36,081 nt of DNA, taken from positions 1 to 36,081 of the IMG/VR virus record IMGVR_UViG_3300037851_001023; one strand, written 5' to 3'. A program made the position numbers and the translations under genes. This document shows positions 24,874 to 33,367 of the stretch, one piece after another. The first letter of the stretch is position 1; each line of letters begins with the position of its first letter. A model generated the notes under the pieces. That model did no database searches and was not told where the DNA came from. It was given only the letters and a program-made list of their open reading frames with translations. Source of the stretch: a virus.

Positions 24874-26321
24874 CCGACGCCCGCGTCCTGGATATTCCGC
24901 GGCGAATCGCCTACACGGCGAGCGGCCTCAACGCCGAGTTCGACTTTCCGTTCCTGGTGCTCGACGCGACCTCGCTCGCCGTCTACCTCGATAACGAGCG
25001 GCAGACCTCCGGCTACAGCGTCAGCGGCGCCGGTGTCGAGACGGGCGGAACGGTGACGTTCACCACGCCGCCGCCGTCCGGCACCGCCGTGCTGCTCGCC
25101 GGCGATCAGCGCATCGAGCGCACGACGGTGTTTCAGCCGGCGGCGACGCTCCGCGCCGAAGCGCTCAACACCGAGTTCGACCGGCTGACGATCGCGGCGC
25201 AGGAGCTGCAGGGACAGCTTGACCGCTCGCTCCGCCGGCCGGTGACGGCGGCGGCCGGCAATGACGAACTGCCGGCGCCGGTGCCGCGGCGGGCGCTGAT
25301 GTATCTCGCCGCCAACGCCGGCGGCGGCGTCGACCTCGGGCTGTCGTCCTACGATCCGGACGATGGCGCCTCGCTGGCGGCGTCCGCCGTGTCGGCGGCG
25401 GCGGCGGCGCAGGCGACAGCGACCGCGGCGGCGGCGGCGGCGGCGACGGCGCTGTCGGCGACCAACAATTTCGGCGAGGTGCCGCGCGGCGGCGAGCTGA
25501 CGCTGGTCGAGGCGCAATCGACCTATGACACGCTGCTCGCGGCCGACGACACTGTCGGCGATGTCAGGCACTTCACGGTAGAATACGGCGGCGCGTCGCT
25601 GCGGCCGACGGTCGATTTCACGCTCTCGGCCAACGGCCGCGGCATCGTGCTGGCCGGCACGGTGATCGCCGCCGGCTCGATCCCGGCAGCCGGCGAACTG
25701 GTGGCTGGCGAAACGGTGTGGTGGGCGTGCACCCCCGGCCTAACCTCGCTCGATATCGGCATCGGGGCCGTCGGCGCGACGAACCTCGCGGACGATGCCG
25801 TGGTGCTATCCGGCGCCAAGGTGGCGGCGGTCACAGCAGACCGGCTGCTGGTGTCTGATGCGTCCGGCAAGGTGGCGGTGCGCGCATTCCCGGCGGAGGG
25901 CAAGGCGCTCGGCGGCGGCGTCGGCGGCACGTCGTTGACGGATCTGACCCTGCCGGCGGCGGCGGCCGATGGCGATGTCAGCGGGCGCACCGGTACGGGC
26001 TACGTCACGGCCGGCCAGCTTGGGCTGGCGGATCTGGTCGCGGCGACGATCCTCTACAATTCAGCGGCGCCCGCCGTCATCTACGCCACCAGCGGTTTCA
26101 CGCTGTCACGGCCGGCCACCGGGCAGATCAAGGTGACGTTCGCCACGGCGTTCGCCAGCGCTGACGCGTATGTCGGGCTGTTGCAGAACGGTGGAGCGAG
26201 TCACCTGCGCGCAAAAATATCGGAACAGCTCGCCGAGTCCATAACGTTTGATCTCAGAAACAGCAACGGCGATCCGGAGAACACGGCCCGCTGTCACATC
26301 CTGATTGTTGGGGTGAAGTAG
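24870..26321 (+). CDS. Tail fibre protein
   Basis: N-terminal fibre-anchor-like pattern: EFDFPFLVLDATSLAVYLDNERQTSGYSVSG...LNTEFDRLTIAAQELQ. Ala-rich stalk. Confidence 0.7.
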   Translation: MTDARVLDIPRRIAYTASGLNAEFDFPFLVLDATSLAVYLDNERQTSGYSVSGAGVETGGTVTFTTPPPSGTAVLLAGDQRIERTTVFQPAATLRAEALNTEFDRLTIAAQELQGQLDRSLRRPVTAAAGNDELPAPVPRRALMYLAANAGGGVDLGLSSYDPDDGASLAASAVSAAAAAQATATAAAAAAATALSATNNFGEVPRGGELTLVEAQSTYDTLLAADDTVGDVRHFTVEYGGASLRPTVDFTLSANGRGIVLAGTVIAAGSIPAAGELVAGETVWWACTPGLTSLDIGIGAVGATNLADDAVVLSGAKVAAVTADRLLVSDASGKVAVRAFPAEGKALGGGVGGTSLTDLTLPAAAADGDVSGRTGTGYVTAGQLGLADLVAATILYNSAAPAVIYATSGFTLSRPATGQIKVTFATAFASADAYVGLLQNGGASHLRAKISEQLAESITFDLRNSNGDPENTARCHILIVGVK

Positions 26322-27737
26322 ATGCCGATAACCGAAATCCGCTGGCACCGGCTGGGCAGTCTGTCCGCCAGTGCCTCGGCCGTCGCCTACGACGCCGCCT
26401 ATCTGGTGCCGGTTCAGGACGCCGACGGCAAGCTCCGCTATATGACGCTCGGCACGCTGCTGGCATCGGTCAGTGCCGACAATCTGCCTTACAGCGTGAA
26501 AAGCCGATCGCTGACGACGCCGCCCGGCACCCCCTCAAGCGGCGACACCTACATCGTCGCCGGCACCGGCGGCGCATGGTCGGGCTTCACTGCCGGCGAT
26601 ATCGTCCGCTGGAACGGCTCCGCCTGGGTGCTCGTCGTCTCGCCGTCCAGCGGCATGCGCGTGTACAACGAAGGCGAGTCGGCCGACGTGCAGTATCAGG
26701 GCGGCGCCTGGACGACGATCGGCGGCGGCGGCGGGACGGCCTCCTACTGGATCACGCCGGTCGTATCCGGCGGCGTTGCCGGCGACACGTTCGCCGATCC
26801 GGATGCGCCGGTGCCGGTCGACTTCGGGGTCGTTGTCCGCGACGAAGGCTCCGTCATCGGGTCCGGCATCGTCGAGTTCGACCTCGTCGGCGCCGGCATC
26901 ACAGCGTCAGTCACCGGCAACAAGGCGACGATCAACGTCGGCGGCGGCGCCGCGCCCCCGGCGTACGAAACCTTTACCATCGGTGCATTGGAAATTCCTG
27001 CCGGCACGACCGGCGCGAACATCACCCTCGTCGCGTCTACCAACATGACGATCGTCGGGGATGCCGGCGACAAAACGATCACTTTCTCGGCGACCGGCGG
27101 CATCGACGACGCGGTGAAGACGATCGCGGTCTCCGGGCAGACGTCAATTGTCGCGACCGGCGAGACGACGCTGAATGTGGCGGCGACCGGGGGTGCGGCC
27201 TGGACGACGACGCCCGGCACCAACACGTTGTCTCTCGCGGCCGCTGCCGCCTCGCACACCCACAACCCGGCGCTGGTGCTGACCGACCCACTCGTGGCGC
27301 GGATGACAGCGCAGGGGATCAGCGCCGGCACCGAGGCGACGCTCGACCTGGATACCGAGATCTACGATCCGAACACGAATTACACGCTGTCGACAGATGG
27401 CGAGGTGACGTGCACGGCGGCCGGCACCTACGTCTCGCTGGCGCTCATCAACTGCCAGGGCTCGGCAAACTCGACGCAAAGCCCGGGCGCGATCAAGATC
27501 CAGGATAACAGCAGCGGCTCGTTCGCCGACGTCGCCAACACCAACGTGCTATACTCGGCAATGGCGATGAGCGTCTACACCAACAGCGCGGCCAACCCGC
27601 AGACCGTCGGCATCCACACGCTGGCGGCCGGCAACAAGATCCGGGTGCGTGCCACGCCGACCAGTGGCTACAGCCTGACAAACTTCCTGACCGGCTCCCG
27701 CCTGCTGGTCTTCCGCCTCGCAACCACAGGGAACTGA
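26322..27737 (+). CDS. Tail fibre / host-specificity protein with a DUF2793-like N-terminal domain
   Basis: PPGTPSSGDTYIVAGTGGAWSGFTAGDIVRWNGSAWVLVVSPSSGMRVYNEG matches the DUF2793 pattern known from alphaproteobacterial phage and GTA fibres. Confidence 0.7.
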   Translation: MPITEIRWHRLGSLSASASAVAYDAAYLVPVQDADGKLRYMTLGTLLASVSADNLPYSVKSRSLTTPPGTPSSGDTYIVAGTGGAWSGFTAGDIVRWNGSAWVLVVSPSSGMRVYNEGESADVQYQGGAWTTIGGGGGTASYWITPVVSGGVAGDTFADPDAPVPVDFGVVVRDEGSVIGSGIVEFDLVGAGITASVTGNKATINVGGGAAPPAYETFTIGALEIPAGTTGANITLVASTNMTIVGDAGDKTITFSATGGIDDAVKTIAVSGQTSIVATGETTLNVAATGGAAWTTTPGTNTLSLAAAAASHTHNPALVLTDPLVARMTAQGISAGTEATLDLDTEIYDPNTNYTLSTDGEVTCTAAGTYVSLALINCQGSANSTQSPGAIKIQDNSSGSFADVANTNVLYSAMAMSVYTNSAANPQTVGIHTLAAGNKIRVRATPTSGYSLTNFLTGSRLLVFRLATTGN

Positions 27738-27739
27738 CG

Positions 27740-28147
27740 ATGACTGTCACCCTCCAGGACGTCGCCGAACGCGTCTACAACATGGATTGGCCGGGGGTCG
27801 GCCGCATCGCCAAGACCCGTGATCCCGAGACCCCGGCGACGTGGCGCCTGGTCACCGGCCCCGGCACCGACCGGGCGCTGACGGCGGAGGAGGGCGCGGC
27901 GCTCCGCTCGCTGCTTGAGGCGCGGCGGGTCGAGTGCCAGGCGCTGAAGGATGCGGCGGCGGCCAGCGGCCGGCAGCGCGAGCTGTTGCTCACCGACGAC
28001 CGGCTGGTGCAGGCACTGGATATCCTCGCCGACGCGGCGGCGTCGCTGGCGGCGAAGGCCGCGGCGCTCGGCCAGCCGCTCGGCCCGCAGTTGCAGAACC
28101 GCATCATCGGGCTCAGATCCTCCATCGATCAGGTGAAGGGGGCATGA
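27740..28147 (+). CDS. Hypothetical protein (possible fibre assembly factor)
   Basis: 135 aa, helical C-terminus, tightly packed between fibre genes. Confidence 0.6.
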   Translation: MTVTLQDVAERVYNMDWPGVGRIAKTRDPETPATWRLVTGPGTDRALTAEEGAALRSLLEARRVECQALKDAAAASGRQRELLLTDDRLVQALDILADAAASLAAKAAALGQPLGPQLQNRIIGLRSSIDQVKGA

Positions 28148-28148
28148 G

Positions 28149-29192
28149 ATGACCGCGAACCGGCCGCACATCCAGCTCTGGCGCGGCACGCTCGCGCAGC
28201 TCGCCAGCATGACCGATGCCGTGCTCGGCACCGGCAAGGGCGTGCGGGTCGGCGACATCGTCGCGATTGAGGACGGCGGTACGTATTACCTGGCACGGGT
28301 GACGAGCGCGACGGAACCCGCAACCGGGCTTATCTCCTATGCGTCCTCGGTCGCGTGGCCAGGGAGCACCGCGACGGGCGATCTCCTCTACCTCGGCAGC
28401 GCGTCAAGCTTCGCCCGGTCGGCTTCGCTCGGCTATGACAGTACGACCGGCGTGTTGCGGGCGCCGATGCACGCGCGGGCGTCGACAAGCTTGCCGAGCC
28501 GGACGCCTTCCGGCACGCCGGCTTCGTGGCAGCCGTCAATTACGTCAGCCGTCATCGAGACGAGCTTCGATGCGGACCTGACGCTGACGCTGCCGACGAC
28601 GGCGGTGCCGGCGGGACTGGTGGAAGCGACGCTGCGGCTGACCAACAGCCACGCGACGCTGTCCAAGAAGGTGCTGCTCGGCGCCGGCTTCACAGTTTCC
28701 GGCATCGCGCCCGACATGACGGTGCCGCCGGGCGGGATGCTGACGCTGGACATCTTCTGCGTTTCGACCGGGTCTGCGCCGTATGCGTGGAAGGTCCGGG
28801 GCCGCAATCCGCAGCAGTATCCGCTGTTCTTCGACGCGCCGGCACCGACGGCCGACGTCGCGCTGATGGAACTGCCGCACGACCGGGCGCTTCGCTGCAC
28901 GCCCGCGCTCCTCTCCGGGGCGCTGGCGTGGTGCGCCTACGGCCGCACCGGCGGCGCGTTTACCGTGCGCCTTCAACAGTACACCACCGCGTGGCAGAAC
29001 ATCGCGGCGGCGACGTTCCCGGCACCCGCCAGTCCGTCGGACCCGGCCAGCGTCGCCGGCGTCTGGTCGTTCAACGGCTCGGCCGACATCGTCATCCCGG
29101 CAGGTGTCTCGCGGCGCTGGGTCTGCCTGACTGCCGACGGCGGCGTGGCCGGCGCCACGAACCTCCGCGGCTTCCTGCCGGTGCTGATCTGA
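28149..29192 (+). CDS. Hypothetical tail/receptor-binding module protein
   Basis: 347 aa, beta-rich. Its stop overlaps the next ATG. Confidence 0.65.
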   Translation: MTANRPHIQLWRGTLAQLASMTDAVLGTGKGVRVGDIVAIEDGGTYYLARVTSATEPATGLISYASSVAWPGSTATGDLLYLGSASSFARSASLGYDSTTGVLRAPMHARASTSLPSRTPSGTPASWQPSITSAVIETSFDADLTLTLPTTAVPAGLVEATLRLTNSHATLSKKVLLGAGFTVSGIAPDMTVPPGGMLTLDIFCVSTGSAPYAWKVRGRNPQQYPLFFDAPAPTADVALMELPHDRALRCTPALLSGALAWCAYGRTGGAFTVRLQQYTTAWQNIAAATFPAPASPSDPASVAGVWSFNGSADIVIPAGVSRRWVCLTADGGVAGATNLRGFLPVLI

Positions 29193-30355
29193 TGCTCGAC
29201 ATCCTGCTGCCTGCACACGCGGCTGTCAGGCGGCGGAGTGCCGCCGCAAGCACACCGCCGCCGAGCGGGGGTGGTGGTGGTATCGAGCAGCCCAACTGGA
29301 AGAACGCGACCACCGGCATCGCCGACATCGATGCGATGACGCTTCTCTGGCAAGACCAGTGGGGCACGGAGTATGAGCCGACCGTCGGCAAGCAGGGCAC
29401 CCGGACGAACGCGCCCGCCGTCGATCGCATGTGGCTCGGCGGTACGGGCGGAAGCACCAGCGACCGCTACGTCGGTTATTTCCGGTCGTATTGGGAACCG
29501 AACACCAGCATTGCCGTGCCGCAACGCATGTCGTTTGCGACCGCGTATAACCGTCGCTGCATCCGCGACTACTGGCCGGCAAATATCACGGTCAGCGGCA
29601 ACCTGATGGAGCACAAGCGGAACAACATCCTCGACGGCGGCAACGTTTACTTATCGGCCGCGTTCGGCATCGATCTCTACGTCGCCTCGCCGATCCGCAT
29701 GTGGGACAAGAACAACCAGCGCGCGAGCTTTGCCCCGTATCAGGCCGACGGCAAAACGCCCTTTGGCATCACCGTCGCCATGCGTGACTACGAGATTGCC
29801 GGCGGCATCGGCGACAACGAGTCGAAGACCAACGCCAAGCCAGTGACGGAGCAGTCCGGGTGCTCGTGCGGTGTGAATTGGGCGTGGCGGAAGTACGCAG
29901 CGACAAACGCCAGCGGCGGCGGCGGGGACATCCAGCTCCGCACCTTTGTGCACCACGTCGGCGTCGGCACGACGTTGCGTGACGGCGGCACGGGCAATTA
30001 CGGCGAGCTACAGTCGGCCGGCGTCAACATCGGGCTAGACGTGTGGAACCGGCTCGTCATGCGCGTCGATCTTGATCCGAGCGGCCGGTCCAAGGACCGC
30101 TGCCGGTTCTGGCTGAACAAGGGCGCCGGTCCCGTGCTCATCGGCGACCACAACGCCATCGACCTCGGCGGCTGGCAGGGCAACCGCGGCATTGTCGGCA
30201 CGGGCCGGATTGCCGGCAGCAACGGCGGCGGGTGGGGTGTCGCCGGCGTCACCTCGCACTCGATGATGGGCGGGCCGACACCGATGGCACTGGACACCGA
30301 CGCAAGCTTCTACTGGTCGAACGCCTGGTGGCGCGTCGGCGCGCGCAAGGCATGA
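29192..30355 (+). CDS. Jelly-roll (ConA/polysaccharide-lyase-like) protein; possible tail-associated glycan depolymerase
   Basis: 387 aa from the internal ATG of ORF 28526... Trp/Asn/Gly-rich. VWNRLVMRVDLDPSGRSKDRCRFWLNKG resembles the ConA-like lyase/glucanase pattern. Lower G+C. Confidence 0.6.
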   Translation: MLDILLPAHAAVRRRSAAASTPPPSGGGGGIEQPNWKNATTGIADIDAMTLLWQDQWGTEYEPTVGKQGTRTNAPAVDRMWLGGTGGSTSDRYVGYFRSYWEPNTSIAVPQRMSFATAYNRRCIRDYWPANITVSGNLMEHKRNNILDGGNVYLSAAFGIDLYVASPIRMWDKNNQRASFAPYQADGKTPFGITVAMRDYEIAGGIGDNESKTNAKPVTEQSGCSCGVNWAWRKYAATNASGGGGDIQLRTFVHHVGVGTTLRDGGTGNYGELQSAGVNIGLDVWNRLVMRVDLDPSGRSKDRCRFWLNKGAGPVLIGDHNAIDLGGWQGNRGIVGTGRIAGSNGGGWGVAGVTSHSMMGGPTPMALDTDASFYWSNAWWRVGARKA

Positions 30356-30726
30356 GGCCGGATGAGCGCGAATGGCTGAAAGAGGGAGGCCCCGGCGTGG
30401 TCGATGACACCTACCCGTTGCCAGAACGGCGGAACGGCGATCCGGGGCGCCGCGAGGCGGACCGCGCTCTTGAATCGGACAAGCAGGAGCAAGCCATTTG
30501 GTTGATGCTTGAGGATTTGACCGGCGAAAAAGACCATCAGACGATCCGCGATATTATCCGGACGTGGGTGACGTTCTATCAGGCGGCCAGCCGGTCGAAG
30601 GCCGCCGCAATCGGCTGGCTGTGGACATTCGCGCTTGGCGGCACCGCCGGCATCATCGCGTGGTGGGTGCAGGAGAAGGCGCCGTCGGTTGCGGCGGCCC
30701 TCAGGAAAATAGGGCTCATGCCATGA
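30352..30726 (+). CDS. Membrane protein with one C-terminal TM helix (lysis-cassette candidate)
   Basis: ATGA coupling. TM segment AAIGWLWTFALGGTAGIIAWWV. Confidence 0.55.
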   Translation: MRPDEREWLKEGGPGVVDDTYPLPERRNGDPGRREADRALESDKQEQAIWLMLEDLTGEKDHQTIRDIIRTWVTFYQAASRSKAAAIGWLWTFALGGTAGIIAWWVQEKAPSVAAALRKIGLMP

Positions 30727-30902
30727 ACGTCCGCGTCGGTTACAGCACCTGGAACGGCCATATCGGCGTCGTCATCGGTGACGAGTGGCTCAGTCCCGGC
30801 GACGCGCTGGCGATCGCGCGCGCCATCGAGGAGGCGGCGGCTACCGCAGACCGCGACTGGCTCGACTACGCGCGCGCGCAGAACACGGTCGGCATGCCAT
30901 GA
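30723..30902 (+). CDS. Hypothetical 59-aa protein
   Basis: ATGA coupling at both ends. MNVRVGYSTWNGHIGVVIGDEWL... Confidence 0.5.
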   Translation: MNVRVGYSTWNGHIGVVIGDEWLSPGDALAIARAIEEAAATADRDWLDYARAQNTVGMP

Positions 30903-31855
30903 GCTTCTGGAGCTTCCTTGCCGGCGGTGCCGGCGAAGCGGTCAAGGCGGTGGGCGAAAGCGTCGGCGCCGTCGTCCGCCCGATCTGGGGCGACGCCGCC
31001 GCCCGCGACGCCGCCCGGTCGGACGAGTACAAAGCGGCGCTCGACCAGTTCACCGCGGAGTTCGTGGCGCGCCAGCAACGCACGTGGTGGGACAGCTTCG
31101 TCGACGGCCTGAACCGGCTGCCGAGGCCGCTCCTGACGCTAGGCGTCGTCGCGTCGCCGTTCCTCGCATGGCAGTACCCGAAGGACGCGGCGCAGCTCGC
31201 CGAGGTGATGGGGCTGCTGCCGGATCAGGTCTGGTGGATCTACCTGACGATCGTCGGCTTCTGGTTCGGCGGCCGGCCGTTCGAGAAGCTGGCGAAGGCC
31301 CGCATGACCAAGGAGGCGCTGACGCGGCTCCGCGAGTTGGCGGTCGAGGAGGAAGCGCCGCCGCCGTCCGAGCCGGAGGCCCTTCCAATTCCGGATGTTC
31401 CCAAACAGACCGGCCCGCGCGCGCCCGCGGGTCCGGTGGTCGACAATCGCCTCGATCCGCTCCGCTGCGTCGCCGCCACCCTGTGGGGCGAGGCGCGCGG
31501 CGAGGGCCCGGACGGCATCGCCGCCGTCGCCTGGGTCATCCGCAACCGTGTCGCGCGCCCGGCATGGTGGGGCAAAGACTGGACATCGGTCTGCCTCGCC
31601 CACGCTCAGTTCACCTGCTGGTGGGATGCGCAGGCGCCTCGCCTCCGGGTGGTTGACGTGTCCGACACGCGCTTCGGCCAGTGCCTGACCATCGCGGCGG
31701 AAGTCATGGGCGGCGGCGGCGCAGACCCGACCGGCGGTGCTGACCACTACTACGCCGACACCATCGCGCCACCGGCATGGGCGCGAGACCGGACGCCGGT
31801 CGCGGTAATCGGCCACCACCGCTTCTTCAAGCTCGGGCCGGATGGACGGGGTTAA
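30899..31855 (+). CDS. Fusion protein: GTA-type 3TM holin-like N-domain plus SleB-type cell-wall hydrolase (endolysin)
   Basis: N-terminal part: NRLPRPLLTLGVVASPFLAW and VWWIYLTIVGFWFGGRPFEKLAK. Pro-rich linker. C-terminal part: ATLWGEARGEGPDGIAAVAWVIRNRV...AQFTCW (SleB/Hydrolase_2 pattern). Confidence 0.8.
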   Translation: MSFWSFLAGGAGEAVKAVGESVGAVVRPIWGDAAARDAARSDEYKAALDQFTAEFVARQQRTWWDSFVDGLNRLPRPLLTLGVVASPFLAWQYPKDAAQLAEVMGLLPDQVWWIYLTIVGFWFGGRPFEKLAKARMTKEALTRLRELAVEEEAPPPSEPEALPIPDVPKQTGPRAPAGPVVDNRLDPLRCVAATLWGEARGEGPDGIAAVAWVIRNRVARPAWWGKDWTSVCLAHAQFTCWWDAQAPRLRVVDVSDTRFGQCLTIAAEVMGGGGADPTGGADHYYADTIAPPAWARDRTPVAVIGHHRFFKLGPDGRG

Positions 31856-31857
31856 CG

Positions 31858-31868
31858 TCTTCCAAGTT
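31858..31868 (+). repeat. Arm-type repeat TCTTCCAAGTT (left of the attP core)
   Basis: Same 11-mer at 32066-32076. Inverted 10-mer at 32046-32055. Confidence 0.5.
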
Positions 31869-31951
31869 GTGGTCACGCTGCGGCTACGGCAACGCGACAA
31901 ACGACAGCGAAAACTCTGACCGCCTATTGAATCGCAACACTTTTCCGTTCA

Positions 31952-31996
31952 CTCTTAATCAGCGGGTCCAAGGTTCGAGTCCTTGTGCGCCCACCA
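31952..31996 (+). tRNA. Partial tRNA: 3' half of a tRNA-Lys(CUU)-like sequence (anticodon loop to CCA). This is the attP core, not a functional tRNA.
   Basis: CTCTTAA (loop, anticodon CTT), TCAGC, GGGTC, CAAGG-TTCGAGT-CCTTG (T arm), TGCGCCC-A-CCA. No matching 5' acceptor GGGCGCA or D arm upstream. Confidence 0.7.
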
Positions 31997-32045
31997 ACGC
32001 CGCCAATGACTTAGCGGATTTTTGCGGCGGAACGATCTGTGAACG

Positions 32046-32076
32046 ACTTGGAAGATCGGCCGGCATCTTCCAAGTT
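32046..32076. repeat. Inverted pair of the arm-type repeat forming a 10-bp hairpin (CTTGGAAGAT-cggccggc-ATCTTCCAAG). May also terminate int.
   Basis: Read directly. Lies about 25 nt downstream of the int stop on the minus strand and is followed by TTTCGTT on the plus strand. Confidence 0.5.
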
Positions 32077-32097
32077 TCGTTCGCATCCGTTCTCTCT

Positions 32098-33270
32098 TCA
32101 ACCGATGGGTGTGGTGTGTTCTGCTGCCAGGCGCTGGCGGAAGGCGTGGGCGGCGAGCGCTGCGGTCGGCACCAGGTAGTGGCGGACGATCGTCTGCACC
32201 GACTTCAGCGAGTGCCCGGTGATCGCCGCGATCGCGTGCAGTTCGACGCCGATTTCGGCAAGGCGTGTCACCGCGGTGTGGCGGAGGTGCATGAAGTCGA
32301 CGCCGGCCAGCTCGGCGGCAAGAGCAGCGTCGCCGGCCGCGCTGGCTGCGGCAGCCGCCTTGGCGCGGACGGCGGCGAACACGTGGCGGAAGTTGTCGGC
32401 GCGATAAGGCCGGCCGGTTTCCTCTGAGAGGATCAGCCAGGGGCTTTCGAGGCGCCGCGCGCGCTGGCTGGCGATCTCCGCCGCGATGCGGGCCGCCAGG
32501 TCCGGCACCATGCCGACCGGCAGCGCCACCTTGGCGCCGGTCTTGGCCTGGGTGATCGTCATCGTGCCGTCGGTCACGTCCGGGCGCTGCCACTGCAGCA
32601 CGTCGGCCTGGCGCTGGCCGCACCAGGCATTGACCAGCACGGCAGTGCCGACGGAATGCCGGCCGTCGCTGTCGGACGCGGCGACGATGGCGGCCACCGC
32701 CGCCGCCGACCAGATGCGCCCGCCGCCGGCGGTGCCTTCCAGCCGCATCCTGAGGCAGGGGTTGGCCGCCGCCGGCAACTGCCCGTCCCAGACGGCGAAG
32801 GCATAGAGCGCCTGCAGCGTCCGCATGATGGCGTTGGCGCGCGGCGTCTTGCCTTCGTCGAGCAGCTCGGCGTAGAGCCGGTTGACGGCGCGTTTGCTGA
32901 CGGCCGTGAACGGTGCGGCGCCGGCGCGATCGAGCAGGAAGTCGAGCGCCCAGAGGTAGCCGCGCCGGGTGTTCGGCCGGAGGTTCGCCCAGAGGCGGCT
33001 GGCCTGCCAGTCGTGCGCCAGGCGGGCCAGCGTGCCGTGACCGTGCCGCGGCGCGGTTGCGCCGCCGGCGCGCCAGGCCGCGACCTCGGCGGTGCGGGCG
33101 ATCGCGGCCTCGCGCACGCCGGCCGGCACCGCGCGGCCTCGGGCGCCGCCGTCGTCGAGACGCATCGCCCGCCAGCCGGCCTGGCGCAGCTCCGCCGACG
33201 GCTGCCAGTACCACAGCCGGCTGCCGTTGGCGCCGGGCCGTGAAATCAGGTAGGGGATCTTCTCGCGCAT
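32098..33270 (-). CDS. int: Tyrosine integrase
   Basis: Catalytic-domain pattern WCGQRQADV...HLRHTAVTRL...ITGHS...VRHY. ATG 33270 lies 5 nt after GGAGG. Adjacent to attP. Confidence 0.9.
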   Translation of the reverse strand: MREKIPYLISRPGANGSRLWYWQPSAELRQAGWRAMRLDDGGARGRAVPAGVREAAIARTAEVAAWRAGGATAPRHGHGTLARLAHDWQASRLWANLRPNTRRGYLWALDFLLDRAGAAPFTAVSKRAVNRLYAELLDEGKTPRANAIMRTLQALYAFAVWDGQLPAAANPCLRMRLEGTAGGGRIWSAAAVAAIVAASDSDGRHSVGTAVLVNAWCGQRQADVLQWQRPDVTDGTMTITQAKTGAKVALPVGMVPDLAARIAAEIASQRARRLESPWLILSEETGRPYRADNFRHVFAAVRAKAAAAASAAGDAALAAELAGVDFMHLRHTAVTRLAEIGVELHAIAAITGHSLKSVQTIVRHYLVPTAALAAHAFRQRLAAEHTTPIG

Positions 33271-33293
33271 CACCGCCTCCATCGTCGCCGTGC

Positions 33294-33323
33294 ATTATCG
33301 GCACGATAACGCACGGCTGTCAA
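33294..33323 (-). promoter_or_regulatory. Integrase promoter with embedded operator: TTGACA-N18-GATAAT
   Basis: -35 at 33323-33318 and -10 at 33299-33294. The 16-mer TTATCGTGCCGATAAT (33309-33294, minus strand) is identical to 2955-2970. Confidence 0.6.
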
Positions 33324-33344
33324 CAGGCGGCTGGCGGTGGCCGA

Positions 33345-33363
33345 CTGAACGCTTGGCGTTCAG
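33345..33363 (-). terminator. Stem-loop CTGAACGC-ttg-GCGTTCAG between the leftward operon and int
   Basis: Perfect 8-bp stem just after the stop of 33368..33910. No U-tract. Confidence 0.3.
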
Positions 33364-33367
33364 ACGT

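Noticed and set aside
31900-31996. A complete tRNA gene
   Set aside because: Only the anticodon loop to CCA part is tRNA-like. The sequence about 70 nt upstream lacks the complementary 5' acceptor strand (GGGCGCA) and a D arm.
31955-33304. 449-aa minus-strand ORF overlapping the integrase frame and the attP core
   Set aside because: Its translation is Arg/Pro/Gly junk. The alternative frame (32098..33270) carries the tyrosine recombinase R...HxxR...Y pattern.
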